Notes: generated from the sequence alone by a model not told the origin. A stretch of 64,000 nucleotides of DNA from Leptonemataceae bacterium (GCA_965227295.1 OZ245742.1:1152001-1216000); one strand, 5' to 3'; counted from the stretch's first letter, positions 1-10,420 are shown. Numbers and translations: made by a program.

Positions 1-317
1 AGACCGAATACTATGCCCTCGAAGGTTTGACGCAATTAATGAAGGTCATTCAACTTGTGCAGCAATCGTTGAATCCCGAGTTAGTTCTGGAAGGCGTCGT
101 CCTTACGATGTACGATCAGCGGACCAGCCTCGCGAATCAGGTGGTCGAGGATGTTCGCGAACACTTCGGCGAGAAGGTGTACGAGACCGTCATCCCACGG
201 AATGTGAAGTTGTCCGAGGCGCCGTCCTTCGGAAAATACATCGGCGAGTATGCCCCGGATTCCGCCGGCGCCCGATCCTACGAGACCCTCGCGAAAGAGG
301 TGATTGATCGTGGCTAA
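1..317 (+). CDS. parA: ParA/Soj chromosome partitioning ATPase, C-terminal part (5' end outside window)
   Basis: TEYYALEGL...VLTMYDQRT...[14 protein letters not shown] motifs; overlaps parB start. Confidence 0.95.
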   Translation, partial: TEYYALEGLTQLMKVIQLVQQSLNPELVLEGVVLTMYDQRTSLANQVVEDVREHFGEKVYETVIPRNVKLSEAPSFGKYIGEYAPDSAGARSYETLAKEVIDRG

Positions 318-1203
318 AAAACTCGGACGCGGTCTCTCGAACTTGATCCCCGGTGCAGATCGCAGCGGCGGGAAGGACGCCGGCGTGGTTCGGGACAACC
401 CGAACTACCAGGAACTTCCCATTCAAAGTGTGCGGCCCAATCCGAAGCAACCGCGCAAGCACTTCAACGAATCGGAGATTGCCGAGCTGGCGAAGACGTT
501 GCACAGCGTCGGCCTCATCGAACCGGTCGTGGTCCGCCGCATGCAAAACGAAGGCGGCGAGTTCTATCAACTCATCTCCGGCGAACGTCGATTGCGCGCG
601 GCCACCATGGCCGGCTTCAAGAAGATCCCCGCCGTCATCAAACAGGTCAACGACGTGCAGGCCCTGGAAATGGGCATCATTGAAAACATCCAGCGCGAAG
701 AGCTGTCCCCCGTAGAAGAGGCGCGCGCCTACGAGTACTGGATGCAGGAGACCGGGCGCAAGGCCAGCGATCTCTCCAGCAAGGTCGGCAAAGATCGCAC
801 CACGATAACCAACCTCATTCGTTTACTAAAGTTGCCGCCGGAAGTCCTGGAACTGGTGGAGACAAAGATGATCACGCCGGGTCAGGCGCGACCGTTGCTC
901 GGCATCGGTGATCGTAAGATGCTCGGCAACATCGCGAAGAAGATTGTCCGCGAAGGCTGGACCGCGCGCCGCGTCGAAGAAGAAGTCGCAAAGCTCACCG
1001 ATGGCAGCGGCAGCACCGGCGGCAAGAAAGCTTCGTCCGGTCGTCGCGATCCGAACATCAAAAACCTGGAAGATCGTTTGCGCTCGAAGTTCGGCGCAAA
1101 GGTCCAGGTGCAACACAAGAAAAGCGGCGGCGGCAAGATTACCGTGAACTACGCGAACCTGGAAGACCTCGAACGCCTCATGGAAATCTGGAAGATCCGC
1201 TGA
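310..1203 (+). CDS. parB: ParB/Spo0J partitioning protein
   Basis: KKLGRGL N-terminus, [23 protein letters not shown] motifs; GTG start at 310 preferred. Confidence 0.95.
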   Translation: MAKKLGRGLSNLIPGADRSGGKDAGVVRDNPNYQELPIQSVRPNPKQPRKHFNESEIAELAKTLHSVGLIEPVVVRRMQNEGGEFYQLISGERRLRAATMAGFKKIPAVIKQVNDVQALEMGIIENIQREELSPVEEARAYEYWMQETGRKASDLSSKVGKDRTTITNLIRLLKLPPEVLELVETKMITPGQARPLLGIGDRKMLGNIAKKIVREGWTARRVEEEVAKLTDGSGSTGGKKASSGRRDPNIKNLEDRLRSKFGAKVQVQHKKSGGGKITVNYANLEDLERLMEIWKIR

Positions 1204-2058
1204 TCAGTGCTTCGCGCTGATGTGCTCGTGCGTTTCGAGATGCTGCGCACAGTACTCGTGATCGTCGCAGTCCACGCAGTAACGAAAGTCCATGTGCGGG
1301 TCGTCATGTTCGGTCATGCCGCAGACGGTGCACTTGTGAATGCTCGTCGGCATCGCCGCTTCGAACTTTGCGCGCCGAACCTGCACCGCTCCCCGCCGAC
1401 CAATGCGGCTCAGCATGTCCGGCCCGTAGAAGATCAGGAAGTTTCCGAGTCCGAAGATCGGAGTCAATAGCAGGAAGAACTCCCCGCTCGCTCGCACCAG
1501 ACTGATCGTCCCGAATATCATGAGAGCCAGGAAGATCCAGGCAATCCATTTCAGCTTCACGGGGATAAAGAAAAATAACAGGATCTGTTGGTTCGGATTC
1601 AGATACGCCACCGCAATTAGAACGGCGAAGTCCAGATAGAACGCCGACACGAATGCCCGCCCCACCACCAACGTTTCGAGCACTCCGCCGATCAAGAGGA
1701 TGAGCCAGCCCAGATAAATAAACGCATTGAATCGCACGGTGCCGAGTTCCGCTTCCAGCCACGAGGCAAATTGCCAGAAGATAAACAGGAACAGGACGAG
1801 ACCGAACCAGCGGCTCTGGAAGAGCATGCCGGCGTCGACACGAAAGGGAAAGATCAGAAGATGCCACAGCTCGCCACGTACAAAGATCCGTTCGAACGTT
1901 AACAGGCCCAGGTCGCTGTTTGTGAGCAATGCGAGGGCCGAGACGAGGCCGGTCAGACCGATCACGTAGATCGTAAAGTTTTCCACCGCGATCTTGCTGA
2001 TCAGCTTCTCAAATCTCCGCATTGCCCGAGTGAGCTTCGCGGAAAGCCCCTCGGTCAA
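1204..2058 (-). CDS. Rhomboid/Derlin-like membrane protein with C-terminal Cys/His zinc-binding domain
   Basis: About 6 hydrophobic segments, GELWHLL and FFFIPVKLKW motifs, C-terminal CxxC..CxxC..CxxH..H; start may be ATG 2022. Confidence 0.7.
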   Translation of the reverse strand: MTEGLSAKLTRAMRRFEKLISKIAVENFTIYVIGLTGLVSALALLTNSDLGLLTFERIFVRGELWHLLIFPFRVDAGMLFQSRWFGLVLFLFIFWQFASWLEAELGTVRFNAFIYLGWLILLIGGVLETLVVGRAFVSAFYLDFAVLIAVAYLNPNQQILLFFFIPVKLKWIAWIFLALMIFGTISLVRASGEFFLLLTPIFGLGNFLIFYGPDMLSRIGRRGAVQVRRAKFEAAMPTSIHKCTVCGMTEHDDPHMDFRYCVDCDDHEYCAQHLETHEHISAKH

Positions 2059-2136
2059 CCTTTATTTCGAAACAGGCTCCTGTCGATTACGGGGAAAAAG
2101 GCTGGCCGGTCCCACCGCGCAGCGCCTCCATGATGC

Positions 2137-3282
2137 ATGAGCGATAAGCGCGTGGTCGTTATTCTCGGCGGAGGTTATGCCGGCCTGTCTGCGGCCGTGA
2201 TCCTCTCACGCGCCTCTAACGAATTCGAGGTGCATCTCGTAGACCGTGACGAGACCTACACAACCCTCATTCATCTACACAAAACAGCCCATCGGCCGCT
2301 GTCAGATATCGCCGTCGACTACCATAAAATAGCTGCCGGGTTCGGCTTTCGATTCCACCGCCAGGACCTGGACTTCGATCGGAGTCTGCTGTTCAAGTGG
2401 CAAAGCGAACGCAGCATTCCTCTGGCCCGGGGACGCCTTCGCTTCGACTACCTGGTGGTCTGTACCGGAGCCACCGGCCTTCCCCTCGAACGCCAGACGG
2501 ATCCAGACCTCATCGGCACGCAATTGCTCACTCTCGCTCACGTCAAACAACACGGACTGCGGGATGCCCTGCACGGCTACCTCGATCAGGCAGCCGGCGG
2601 CTCCATCGCCGTAGTTGGCGCTGGAGCCACGGGATTACAGTTCTTGTTCGAAGTACAGCACGCCATCCGGGAACGCAAAGTGGATTGCCGCCTGCATTTG
2701 GTGGACCTGGAAGAGCGGGTACTGTCACATCTGCCGCGGCGCTTCCATGACTACATCACGGATCGCCTGGAACGGGACGGCATTGGATACCATCCTCGAG
2801 TCAAATTCAGCTGCCAGGAGTACGGCCGCCTCGTCGGTGAGCGCAGCGGGGAGATCGTTGAAATACCATCCGATCTTACGCTCCTCTTCCCCGGCGTAGC
2901 GGCGCATCCGTTCCCCTTGCGCACCGATAAGTTTGGTCGGGTCGAAGTTAAGGGCGAAACCTTGCAGGGCGTCTACGCCGCCGGGGACTGCTCCCACTTC
3001 GAGGGGTCCGGGCTCAATGCCCAAACAGCCCAGGCAGCCGTTCGCAAGGGCCGGCAAATCGCCGAGAACATTCGTCGGGAAGTGGCCGGGAAAGACCTGC
3101 GTTCCTACAAATACGTGGAGTTGGGATATTTCATCAGCCTTGGTCCCTGGGACGGCATCGGCTGGATGCTCGTGAACTTCAACGTGTTGACCGGGGCCGC
3201 AGCCTTCGCCGTGAAAGAAATGATCGAATTGCAGTTCCGCATGTTCCTGGAAGGCTTCGACACATACATTGACTTTCCCTAA
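2137..3282 (+). CDS. FAD-dependent pyridine nucleotide oxidoreductase (NDH-2-like)
   Basis: GGGYAG and GAGATG Rossmann motifs, YAAGD, TAQAA. Confidence 0.8.
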   Translation: MSDKRVVVILGGGYAGLSAAVILSRASNEFEVHLVDRDETYTTLIHLHKTAHRPLSDIAVDYHKIAAGFGFRFHRQDLDFDRSLLFKWQSERSIPLARGRLRFDYLVVCTGATGLPLERQTDPDLIGTQLLTLAHVKQHGLRDALHGYLDQAAGGSIAVVGAGATGLQFLFEVQHAIRERKVDCRLHLVDLEERVLSHLPRRFHDYITDRLERDGIGYHPRVKFSCQEYGRLVGERSGEIVEIPSDLTLLFPGVAAHPFPLRTDKFGRVEVKGETLQGVYAAGDCSHFEGSGLNAQTAQAAVRKGRQIAENIRREVAGKDLRSYKYVELGYFISLGPWDGIGWMLVNFNVLTGAAAFAVKEMIELQFRMFLEGFDTYIDFP

Positions 3283-3362
3283 CCTTAGAGCTTAATTGAC
3301 GTCCAGTTGCAACTTCGGGATACTGGCAGGCTACGACAGGCTTCGGCCCCGTAGTGCTGACA

Positions 3363-4550
3363 ATGAAGACTAACCTTACTTGCTTGATCGCCAAGCTAAA
3401 CACTTCCGGCGCGATGAAGCTTACCGTGGAACTCGTCCTGCACCTGGATCCGAATGAGTTCGAGCGCCGGGTAATCTTTCAGTACTACGATTACCGTCAG
3501 TACCGCCGTACTGTCCCTCAGCTTCGCGCAGCCGGCATCCCTTTTGTTGTTCTGTATCGTATCCTCCCGGAATTTCTTATGGGTTTCGCACCGGCCCGGT
3601 TCCTTGAGAGCAACCTCATTCGATTTTTTGGCGGCCCAATTCTTCGCTGGAACCTGCGGCATTTCATGCGCGGCTACCCCCGGGATGTCCTTTACTCCAA
3701 TATCGATCGCGGGCGGAACCTTAAAGAGTTCATCCAGAGTTTTCCCCGGCGCATCATTCACATTCACGTCAACAACCGCCGGATTGATCAGAGCCAGGGT
3801 TTCAACGCGGAGCGGATCGAGACTCTGAATGCCATGACCCACGTTCTGGCGGGTTCCGCGAACACCCTGCAGAGCCTGATCTCCAAAGGCGTGTCCACGA
3901 TTCGTATGAGTGAAATGGGGTCCTCCATTGTACCGTTTGAGGTCCCCGCAGAGACCAGTCGAAAGCTCCGCGAAAGCCTCGGCTTCGCTCCGAACGACAT
4001 AGTCATCGGTGGTTGCGGCGGTGTTTCCGAACGCAAAGGTACGGATCTATTTATCCAGGTGGCCGCACGGCTGGCACCGAAGCATGCAGGGCTGCGGTTC
4101 ATCTGGATCAGCGGCCCCGGTAGTATCGCCGACATCTATCGGGATAAGGAGCGAACCCGGGAACTCGAAGAACTCGTCCGGAACCTGGGAGATCGATTCG
4201 TACTCACCGACATGGTCCCGAACCCTCATGACTACTTTTCAATTCTAGACATGTTCGTCATGTCCTCGCGCTCCGACGGTTTGCCGCTGGTTTTGCTGGA
4301 AAGCATGTCACTGGGACTTCCAGTCGTCAGCGGTACTGAAGTAGCCCATTCCTCCGCACTGCTCGCCCCGTGCATTCATAAGGTCGACGCGGTAACAGTC
4401 GAAAATATTTCGGCCGGCATTGAATACCTCCTCCAACATCCGGAGAAGCGGCAGACGTACGGCGAAAGTTCACGCCAGTGCATTCTTGATCACTTCGATA
4501 CCCGTCAGCGGGCGAAACAACTGGCCGCCTTTCTGCGACCCGAAGCATGA
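3363..4550 (+). CDS. Glycosyltransferase family 4 (GT-B)
   Basis: ERKGTDLF, SSRSDGLPLVLLESMSLGLPVV. Confidence 0.85.
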   Translation: MKTNLTCLIAKLNTSGAMKLTVELVLHLDPNEFERRVIFQYYDYRQYRRTVPQLRAAGIPFVVLYRILPEFLMGFAPARFLESNLIRFFGGPILRWNLRHFMRGYPRDVLYSNIDRGRNLKEFIQSFPRRIIHIHVNNRRIDQSQGFNAERIETLNAMTHVLAGSANTLQSLISKGVSTIRMSEMGSSIVPFEVPAETSRKLRESLGFAPNDIVIGGCGGVSERKGTDLFIQVAARLAPKHAGLRFIWISGPGSIADIYRDKERTRELEELVRNLGDRFVLTDMVPNPHDYFSILDMFVMSSRSDGLPLVLLESMSLGLPVVSGTEVAHSSALLAPCIHKVDAVTVENISAGIEYLLQHPEKRQTYGESSRQCILDHFDTRQRAKQLAAFLRPEA

Positions 4551-5500
4551 ATTCTTACGCAACAGATTCTGTCCTCATTACCGGTGCGGGAGGATTTATC
4601 GGCTCTCACCTTGCCGAACGCCTGACGGCGGTGGGGGCTTCGGTCACAGCACTGGTCCGCCCGGGCTCCGATCTGTGGCGCATCCATGATATGCCGGGGC
4701 TGCGGCTCATGCCCGTAGACCTGGCCGATGCTGAAGCGGTGCGCCGTTGTATTGTCGACGTCCGGCCGAAGAAAACCTTTCATCTCGCATCCGTTACCAA
4801 TGTTGACCGCGAACCAAAGTTGAATCTTCGAATGATCGACGTCAATCTGAAGGGTCTCATACACATCGTCAACGCGCTTGAAGACGAGGAGATCGATTTC
4901 GATTGTCTGGTAAACTGCGGCACGTGCGAAGAATACGGCGACAACCCGGCCCCGTTTCACGAACGCCAAAGGGAAAATCCCGTCTCGCCGTATTCCGCTT
5001 CTAAGGTTGCGGCTACGCACTTTTGCGGCATGCTTCATAAAACGCGCGGGCTACCTTTGCTGACCGTGCGCCCCTTTCTTACCTACGGTCCCCGGCAAAC
5101 CAATCATATGCTCATCCCTTCGCTCATTCGACGGTGCCTGGCAGCGGAAAACTTCGACATGACGCCGGGGGAACAAACCCGGGAATTCAACTACGTGGAC
5201 GACATTGTGGACGGCTTTCTCGCTGCGGGCCGAACGCCGGCGGCAATCGGCCGTGTGATTAACCTCGGCAGTGGAAAGGAGCACCGGATTCGCTACGTCG
5301 CGGAACTGGTACGTGATCTTACCAATTCAAAGTCGCAACTGAACTTTGGCCGTATTTCGTATAGGCCCGGCGAAACCATGCATTTTTATTCGGACTCGAA
5401 CCTGGCGCGAGAAATCCTGGGCTGGGAATCGAAAACCGAACTATCCGCGGGAATCGAGAAGACAATCACCTGGTACCGCCAGTACCTGACCCGCCCTTGA
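4547..5500 (+). CDS. NAD-dependent nucleotide-sugar epimerase/dehydratase (extended SDR)
   Basis: TGAGGFIGSH, YSASK, TYGP, REFNYVDD; ATGA overlap with the upstream GT. Confidence 0.9.
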   Translation: MNSYATDSVLITGAGGFIGSHLAERLTAVGASVTALVRPGSDLWRIHDMPGLRLMPVDLADAEAVRRCIVDVRPKKTFHLASVTNVDREPKLNLRMIDVNLKGLIHIVNALEDEEIDFDCLVNCGTCEEYGDNPAPFHERQRENPVSPYSASKVAATHFCGMLHKTRGLPLLTVRPFLTYGPRQTNHMLIPSLIRRCLAAENFDMTPGEQTREFNYVDDIVDGFLAAGRTPAAIGRVINLGSGKEHRIRYVAELVRDLTNSKSQLNFGRISYRPGETMHFYSDSNLAREILGWESKTELSAGIEKTITWYRQYLTRP

Positions 5501-5538
5501 ACGGTCCCTGGATTTTTGCTCTCAATCAAACCAGGCGA

Positions 5539-6405
5539 TCAGTACTTCGGCAACGACGGATCCACGCGTTCGGCCCACGCCAGAATGCCCCCGCTCAGAT
5601 TCCACACGTGTTCGAAGCCGGCGTCCCGCATGATTTTCACGGCCTTCGCAGACCGTGCGCCGGCTTTGCAATAGACCACGAACTCCTGATTCACGTCCAT
5701 TTCCGCCAGGCGGCCGGCAACGTCGCTCAGCGGAATCCAGAGTGAGTCCGTAATGTATCCCAACTCCCGCTCGCCGCGCTCTCGAACGTCAATCACGGTT
5801 ACAGAGTCTTTCCCGCGGCGGCGGCGATAGAGTTCTTCTGCGCTGATCTCGCCGCTGCCGGGATTCACTTCGCATACGGCCGGGACGAAAGCGCCCGACG
5901 GTTCCGGTTTCGCAGTGGGCTCCTCCTCGCGGCCGCATGCCGGGCACTCCGGATTCTTCCCCAGGTCTTCCCACCGAAGAATCAGCTCCCGTGCATTGTA
6001 CTCCAGGTAGAGCGAATCCTGCGGTTCGATGAGCATCTGAAGCGCCGCGTTCACCGCGAGGCCGGCGATGGTCCCGGCGACGACACCAAATCCTTCCGTT
6101 GCATCGTCCATGATAGGATGGCCCGCGCTGGACGCGCAACTTTCGCATGCGCTGCCGTCTGCAAAACCGAGGAGCCAGGCACGGCCGAGAAAGCCGGACG
6201 CGCTAACGTGCAGCCGCGGGATGTTTGCATCGTGCCGCTCTTCCACCCGGCCGACTCCGGATTCGCGCAGAAACTGTGCCGCAAGACTGCCGGCGGAACC
6301 GGAAACCACGATGCGCGACGCCCGCAAGCATTGCTGGCCGACAAGGCCGACTTCGGGGAGGAGGATGTGGCGCTGGAAACGCTCGATTTCTTCGGGGGAC
6401 AACAC
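5539..6405 (-). CDS. MoeB/MoeZ-like protein: internally deleted E1-like domain plus rhodanese domain
   Basis: RFQRHILLPEVGLVGQ N-terminus, CESC/CPAC, DVRE, YCKAGARS, LSGGILAW..VDPSLPKY. Confidence 0.75.
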   Translation of the reverse strand: MLSPEEIERFQRHILLPEVGLVGQQCLRASRIVVSGSAGSLAAQFLRESGVGRVEERHDANIPRLHVSASGFLGRAWLLGFADGSACESCASSAGHPIMDDATEGFGVVAGTIAGLAVNAALQMLIEPQDSLYLEYNARELILRWEDLGKNPECPACGREEEPTAKPEPSGAFVPAVCEVNPGSGEISAEELYRRRRGKDSVTVIDVRERGERELGYITDSLWIPLSDVAGRLAEMDVNQEFVVYCKAGARSAKAVKIMRDAGFEHVWNLSGGILAWAERVDPSLPKY

Positions 6406-6437
6406 GTCATTATACAGACGCGCATCCCCTTCGAGGA

Positions 6438-7871
6438 TTACGCGTTCGCTTTGATTTCGGTGATCAGCTTGCTGATCGCGTCCTTGGCGTCACCGAGGTA
6501 CATGAGGCAGTTATCGAAGCCGTAGAGTTCGTTGTCGATGCCGGCATAACCCGGCCGCAGCGAACGTTTTACGACGACGACGGTGCGAGCTTTGTCGCAA
6601 TTCAAGATGGGCATGCCGTAGATAGGGGAGTTCTTGTCGTGGCGCGCCGCCGGATTCGTGACGTCGTTCGCACCGATGACCAGGGCGACGTCCGTGTTTG
6701 CGAAGTCGTCGTTGATCTCGTCCATCTCTTTGAGCTTCTCGTAATCGACCTGTGCTTCGGCCAGCAGAACGTTCATGTGGCCCGGCATCCGTCCCGCCAC
6801 CGGGTGGATGGCGTAGCGAACTTCCGCACCGCGGGCTTCCAGTTGGTTCGCCAGTTCACGCACGACGTGCTGGGCCTGGGCCACGGCCATACCGTAGCCG
6901 GGAACCACAATGACCGACGACGCCGTTTCGAAGACCATGGCGGCCTCTTCGACGCCGATCTGTTTGTAGACGATTTCTTTGCCGTCGCCGGCCGAGGGGC
7001 CGCCACCGGTCTGGCCGAAGCCGCCGAGGAGAACGTTCAACAGTGAACGGTTCATGGAAACACACATGATCTGCGTGAGGATCAGACCCGAAGCGCCGAC
7101 CAGAGCTCCCGTGATGATGAGGACCTTGTTGCCGAGAACAAAGCCCGTCGTGGAGGCCGCGATGCCCGAGTACGAGTTCAGCAGCGAAATCACAACCGGC
7201 ATGTCCGCGCCGCCGATGGGAATCACCAGCAGGATACCGAGGATCATTGCCAGGACCACGAGAATAATGGCAATTTCGGTCTTCGCGAGCGGCGCCATGC
7301 CCACAGAGTTAAAGAACGCGCCCACCGTAAATGAATCCACGCTGATCAACACGCCGAGACCGACGGCAAACAGGATCAGCAGCAGATTGATGGGATGTTG
7401 CAGCGGATAGGTAACGGCGTTGTCCGGAACGAACGAAAGGCCCTGGAGCTTTCCAAAAGCGATCAGCGAACCGGTAAACGTTACGCCGCCGATCAGAATA
7501 GAGAGAAAGACGGTGATCGCCGTATCCACCGGCTGGTTCGGCGCGTTCACAAACTCCGCCGAGGCGACGAGCAACGACGAGATGCCGCCGAAACCGTTCA
7601 ACAGGGCAACCATCTGCGGCATGCCGGTCATCTCGACCTTCAGCGCCATGATCGCACCGATGGCCGCGCCCAGCACAATTCCGGCAATGATCAGCTCAAA
7701 GCTGAGGACCTTGTGATCGAAGAGGGTCACAAGCACGGCCAGAAACATTCCCAGGGCGGCCAGGAAGTTGCCCTGCCGCGCCGTGCGCACCTTGCCGAGA
7801 CGCTTGATGCCGATGATGAACAGTACCGCGGAAACGAGATACGCGATGTCTTTTACTACTTCGATGGTCAT
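6438..7871 (-). CDS. pntB: NAD(P) transhydrogenase subunit beta
   Basis: MPQMVALLN, GGADMPVVISLLNSYSG, HPVAGRMPGHMNVLLAEA. Confidence 0.97.
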   Translation of the reverse strand: MTIEVVKDIAYLVSAVLFIIGIKRLGKVRTARQGNFLAALGMFLAVLVTLFDHKVLSFELIIAGIVLGAAIGAIMALKVEMTGMPQMVALLNGFGGISSLLVASAEFVNAPNQPVDTAITVFLSILIGGVTFTGSLIAFGKLQGLSFVPDNAVTYPLQHPINLLLILFAVGLGVLISVDSFTVGAFFNSVGMAPLAKTEIAIILVVLAMILGILLVIPIGGADMPVVISLLNSYSGIAASTTGFVLGNKVLIITGALVGASGLILTQIMCVSMNRSLLNVLLGGFGQTGGGPSAGDGKEIVYKQIGVEEAAMVFETASSVIVVPGYGMAVAQAQHVVRELANQLEARGAEVRYAIHPVAGRMPGHMNVLLAEAQVDYEKLKEMDEINDDFANTDVALVIGANDVTNPAARHDKNSPIYGMPILNCDKARTVVVVKRSLRPGYAGIDNELYGFDNCLMYLGDAKDAISKLITEIKANA

Positions 7872-7909
7872 ATGCTATCTTTAGGTTGAATGCTTTAAGC
7901 GAGTACGTC

Positions 7910-8215
7910 TTATTTCTTGAGGAACATGCGGTGCATGCGGTCCGTTACCAAAAAGCCGCCCACCACGTTGATGGTTGCGAAGACCAGAGCCAGGAAACCG
8001 AGAATGGCGCTGATGCCCCAATCGTAACCGAGGAACTGAATGAATCCGGAGTCCTCACCGCCGGCGCTGAGAATGGCGCCCACCATGGTGATGCCCGAAA
8101 TGGCGTTCGCACCGGACATGAGCGGCGTGTGCAGAGTCGGCGGAACTTTGGTAATCAGCTCGAAGCCGAGGAATACCGAAAGAACGAAAATCGTAATCGC
8201 GATGATGAGTTCCAT
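7910..8215 (-). CDS. pntA2: NAD(P) transhydrogenase alpha subunit, part 2 (membrane)
   Basis: VPPTLHTPLMSGANAISG, NVVGGFLVTDRM. Confidence 0.95.
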   Translation of the reverse strand: MELIIAITIFVLSVFLGFELITKVPPTLHTPLMSGANAISGITMVGAILSAGGEDSGFIQFLGYDWGISAILGFLALVFATINVVGGFLVTDRMHRMFLKK

Positions 8216-8239
8216 GTCTTGCTCCTGTTCCGCCGCAAA

Positions 8240-9385
8240 TTAGCCGGCGACTCCTTTGGTGGCCTCGTGGACGATTTGCCCTTCGCGGACGATCAACGAT
8301 CCCTTCACAATATCGTCCTCGGGATCCAGTTCCACCTTGCCTTCTTTTGAAAGATGCTGCAGCAATGCGAGCAGGTTACGTGAGTATAACTGCGAAGCGT
8401 CGAAGGGGACCGTCGCCGGCAGGTTCGTAACACCAACGATCGTAACACCGTTTTCCACGATCGTTTCGTTGATCTTCGTTTTCGAACAATTGCCGCCGCT
8501 TTCCGCCGCCATATCGACGATGACCGCGCCCGGTTTCATGGCCGCCAGCATGTCATCGGTAACGAGGATCGGCGCCTTTTTACCGGGAACGTTTGCGGTG
8601 GTAACCACGGCATCCGCATCGGCCAGGTGTTGCTTTAGAATCTCCTGCTGTTTCGCGAGGTACTCCGACGTAACCTCTTTCGCGTAACCGCCAGAGTCTT
8701 CTGCATCTTCCTGCTCCGGCGGCTCGATGTACTTCGCCCCCAGAGATAGCACCTGCTCTTTCACGGCCGGACGAATGTCGCTCACTTCCACGATCGCGCC
8801 CAGACGCTTTGCCGTTGCGATGGCCTGAAGACCGGCAACACCGGCACCGAGGATCACGACCTTCGCCGGCGTAATCGTTCCCGCGGCTGTCATCATGAGC
8901 GGGAAGATTTTTCCCAGATTCTGCGCGGCAATGATCACGGCTTTGTAACCCGCAAGGTTCGTTTGCGAAGAGAGCACGTCCATACGTTGGGCCACGGTGA
9001 TACGCGGGATCTGATCCATGGCCAGGACATCGACACCGGCCGATGCGGCCTTCTTCACAAGATCCACGTTGCTCAGCGGCTGAAAGAAGCCGATAAACAG
9101 CGCGCCTTTCTTCATGAGTTCGAGTTCGTTTTTGCCGAGCGTGGGATGATCGACGGGGCGCTGAACGCGCAGGACCACGTCGGACTCGGCGAAGACCGTC
9201 TTCGCGTCGACGATCTCGGCGCCTTCTTTTTTGTACTCTTCATCCGAGAAGCCGGAGGCGAGGCCGGCTCCGCTTTCGACTTTAACAGTATGGCCAAGTT
9301 TACCGGTAAGCTTACCGACACTTTCGGGAACGATGGCTACGCGGGTCTCCCGTTCGACGACTTCCTTTGGAACACCGAGAATCAA
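8240..9385 (-). CDS. pntA1: NAD(P) transhydrogenase alpha subunit, part 1 (NAD-binding dI)
   Basis: GVPKE..ETRVA, GAGVAGLQAIATAKRLGA, GGYAKE; TTG start. Confidence 0.95.
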   Translation of the reverse strand: MILGVPKEVVERETRVAIVPESVGKLTGKLGHTVKVESGAGLASGFSDEEYKKEGAEIVDAKTVFAESDVVLRVQRPVDHPTLGKNELELMKKGALFIGFFQPLSNVDLVKKAASAGVDVLAMDQIPRITVAQRMDVLSSQTNLAGYKAVIIAAQNLGKIFPLMMTAAGTITPAKVVILGAGVAGLQAIATAKRLGAIVEVSDIRPAVKEQVLSLGAKYIEPPEQEDAEDSGGYAKEVTSEYLAKQQEILKQHLADADAVVTTANVPGKKAPILVTDDMLAAMKPGAVIVDMAAESGGNCSKTKINETIVENGVTIVGVTNLPATVPFDASQLYSRNLLALLQHLSKEGKVELDPEDDIVKGSLIVREGQIVHEATKGVAG

Positions 9386-9562
9386 GTTTGCAGCCCTCCT
9401 GAGATCTTACCGAACGCACCGGTGAGCGCGCATCGATAAAGGAATGACAGCGTTTTAAATCTGAGCGCGTTGGTCAAGTTTGTACCGACCATCACGTAAC
9501 AGGGCTGTCGGAAAATAACGTGAAGCCGTGCACTAAACAGAATCTAACATCAGTTTTAACAG

Positions 9563-10420
9563 CTACCAGATCACGTAGGCCGTACGAACGAGACGTAAGA
9601 ACCAGGTATACGGAACATTCGTGCGTCCGTAACGACCCCATGATCCGCCGACGGAATTCTGAATCATAAAAACGCCGCTGCGATCATCATAACCCACTAC
9701 CGCAACGGTTTGCAGCCCGGCCCGCGCACCCGACGGCCGCACCCAAACATCGCCCTTATGCGTAATAAAGTTCTCGCTGATGCGCATGTTTACGACGACG
9801 ACGCTGCCCTGTAACAAATGTGCCTTCACCTGATCGAGATCCGTGAAATCCACCCGACCGAAACCGCGAATCGTGTGACGACCGGCATCCTGTACCGCGC
9901 CGGTGCCCGGCCGGTAGACATAATCATGTTCTCGATACGGCATATACTTTTCATCCGGGCAGCCGCGGTCGTAGAGTAGTTCCGCACTTTCGAGAATAGT
10001 CACACCTACATTCCGCCGCTGGTTCAGCATATTGTACACAAACGCGGGCGAACAGATGTACGAACCTTTACCGTACTTCGTCCGTTGCAGATACGTATGC
10101 GCCGTGCCCACGGCCCAGGCAGTGCCGCTGGCCTGGGCGCCCTGGTCCCCCGCAGCCGGAAGCGACGGCAATACGAACGATGGCGGGATTTCGTCCGGCA
10201 GCCCGGCGATGGCGAGGGGCACGTGGACATCGCGTTCGCTCCAGCCCGGCCGCACCGGATACTGCTGTAGTTCCCATTCCTGCATGGCCCGGTGGGCCGG
10301 GCCGCGCGGGTCTCCGTCCGGAAACACGGAGCACGCCGAAGTGAGGACCAGGACAGCGCCGAATCCCATCAGCAAAAATAATTTCGGAAATGACGCCGTG
10401 CGCCCGAAAGTGTACATCAT
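9563..10420 (-). CDS. Papain-family (C1) peptidase-like lipoprotein, catalytic Cys and His substituted
   Basis: Lipobox LTSAC; DQG..ASGTAWA, SPAFVYN, VVGYDD, IQNSVG..WG..G; start uncertain. Confidence 0.75.
   Translation of the reverse strand: MMYTFGRTASFPKLFLLMGFGAVLVLTSACSVFPDGDPRGPAHRAMQEWELQQYPVRPGWSERDVHVPLAIAGLPDEIPPSFVLPSLPAAGDQGAQASGTAWAVGTAHTYLQRTKYGKGSYICSPAFVYNMLNQRRNVGVTILESAELLYDRGCPDEKYMPYREHDYVYRPGTGAVQDAGRHTIRGFGRVDFTDLDQVKAHLLQGSVVVVNMRISENFITHKGDVWVRPSGARAGLQTVAVVGYDDRSGVFMIQNSVGGSWGRYGRTNVPYTWFLRLVRTAYVIW

Noticed and set aside
3283-5500. GT4-epimerase pair as a horizontally acquired islet
   Set aside because: Only slightly more AT-rich by eye; no flanking repeats or mobility genes
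7910-9385. Split pntA
   Set aside because: The three-gene pntA1-pntA2-pntB layout is well known
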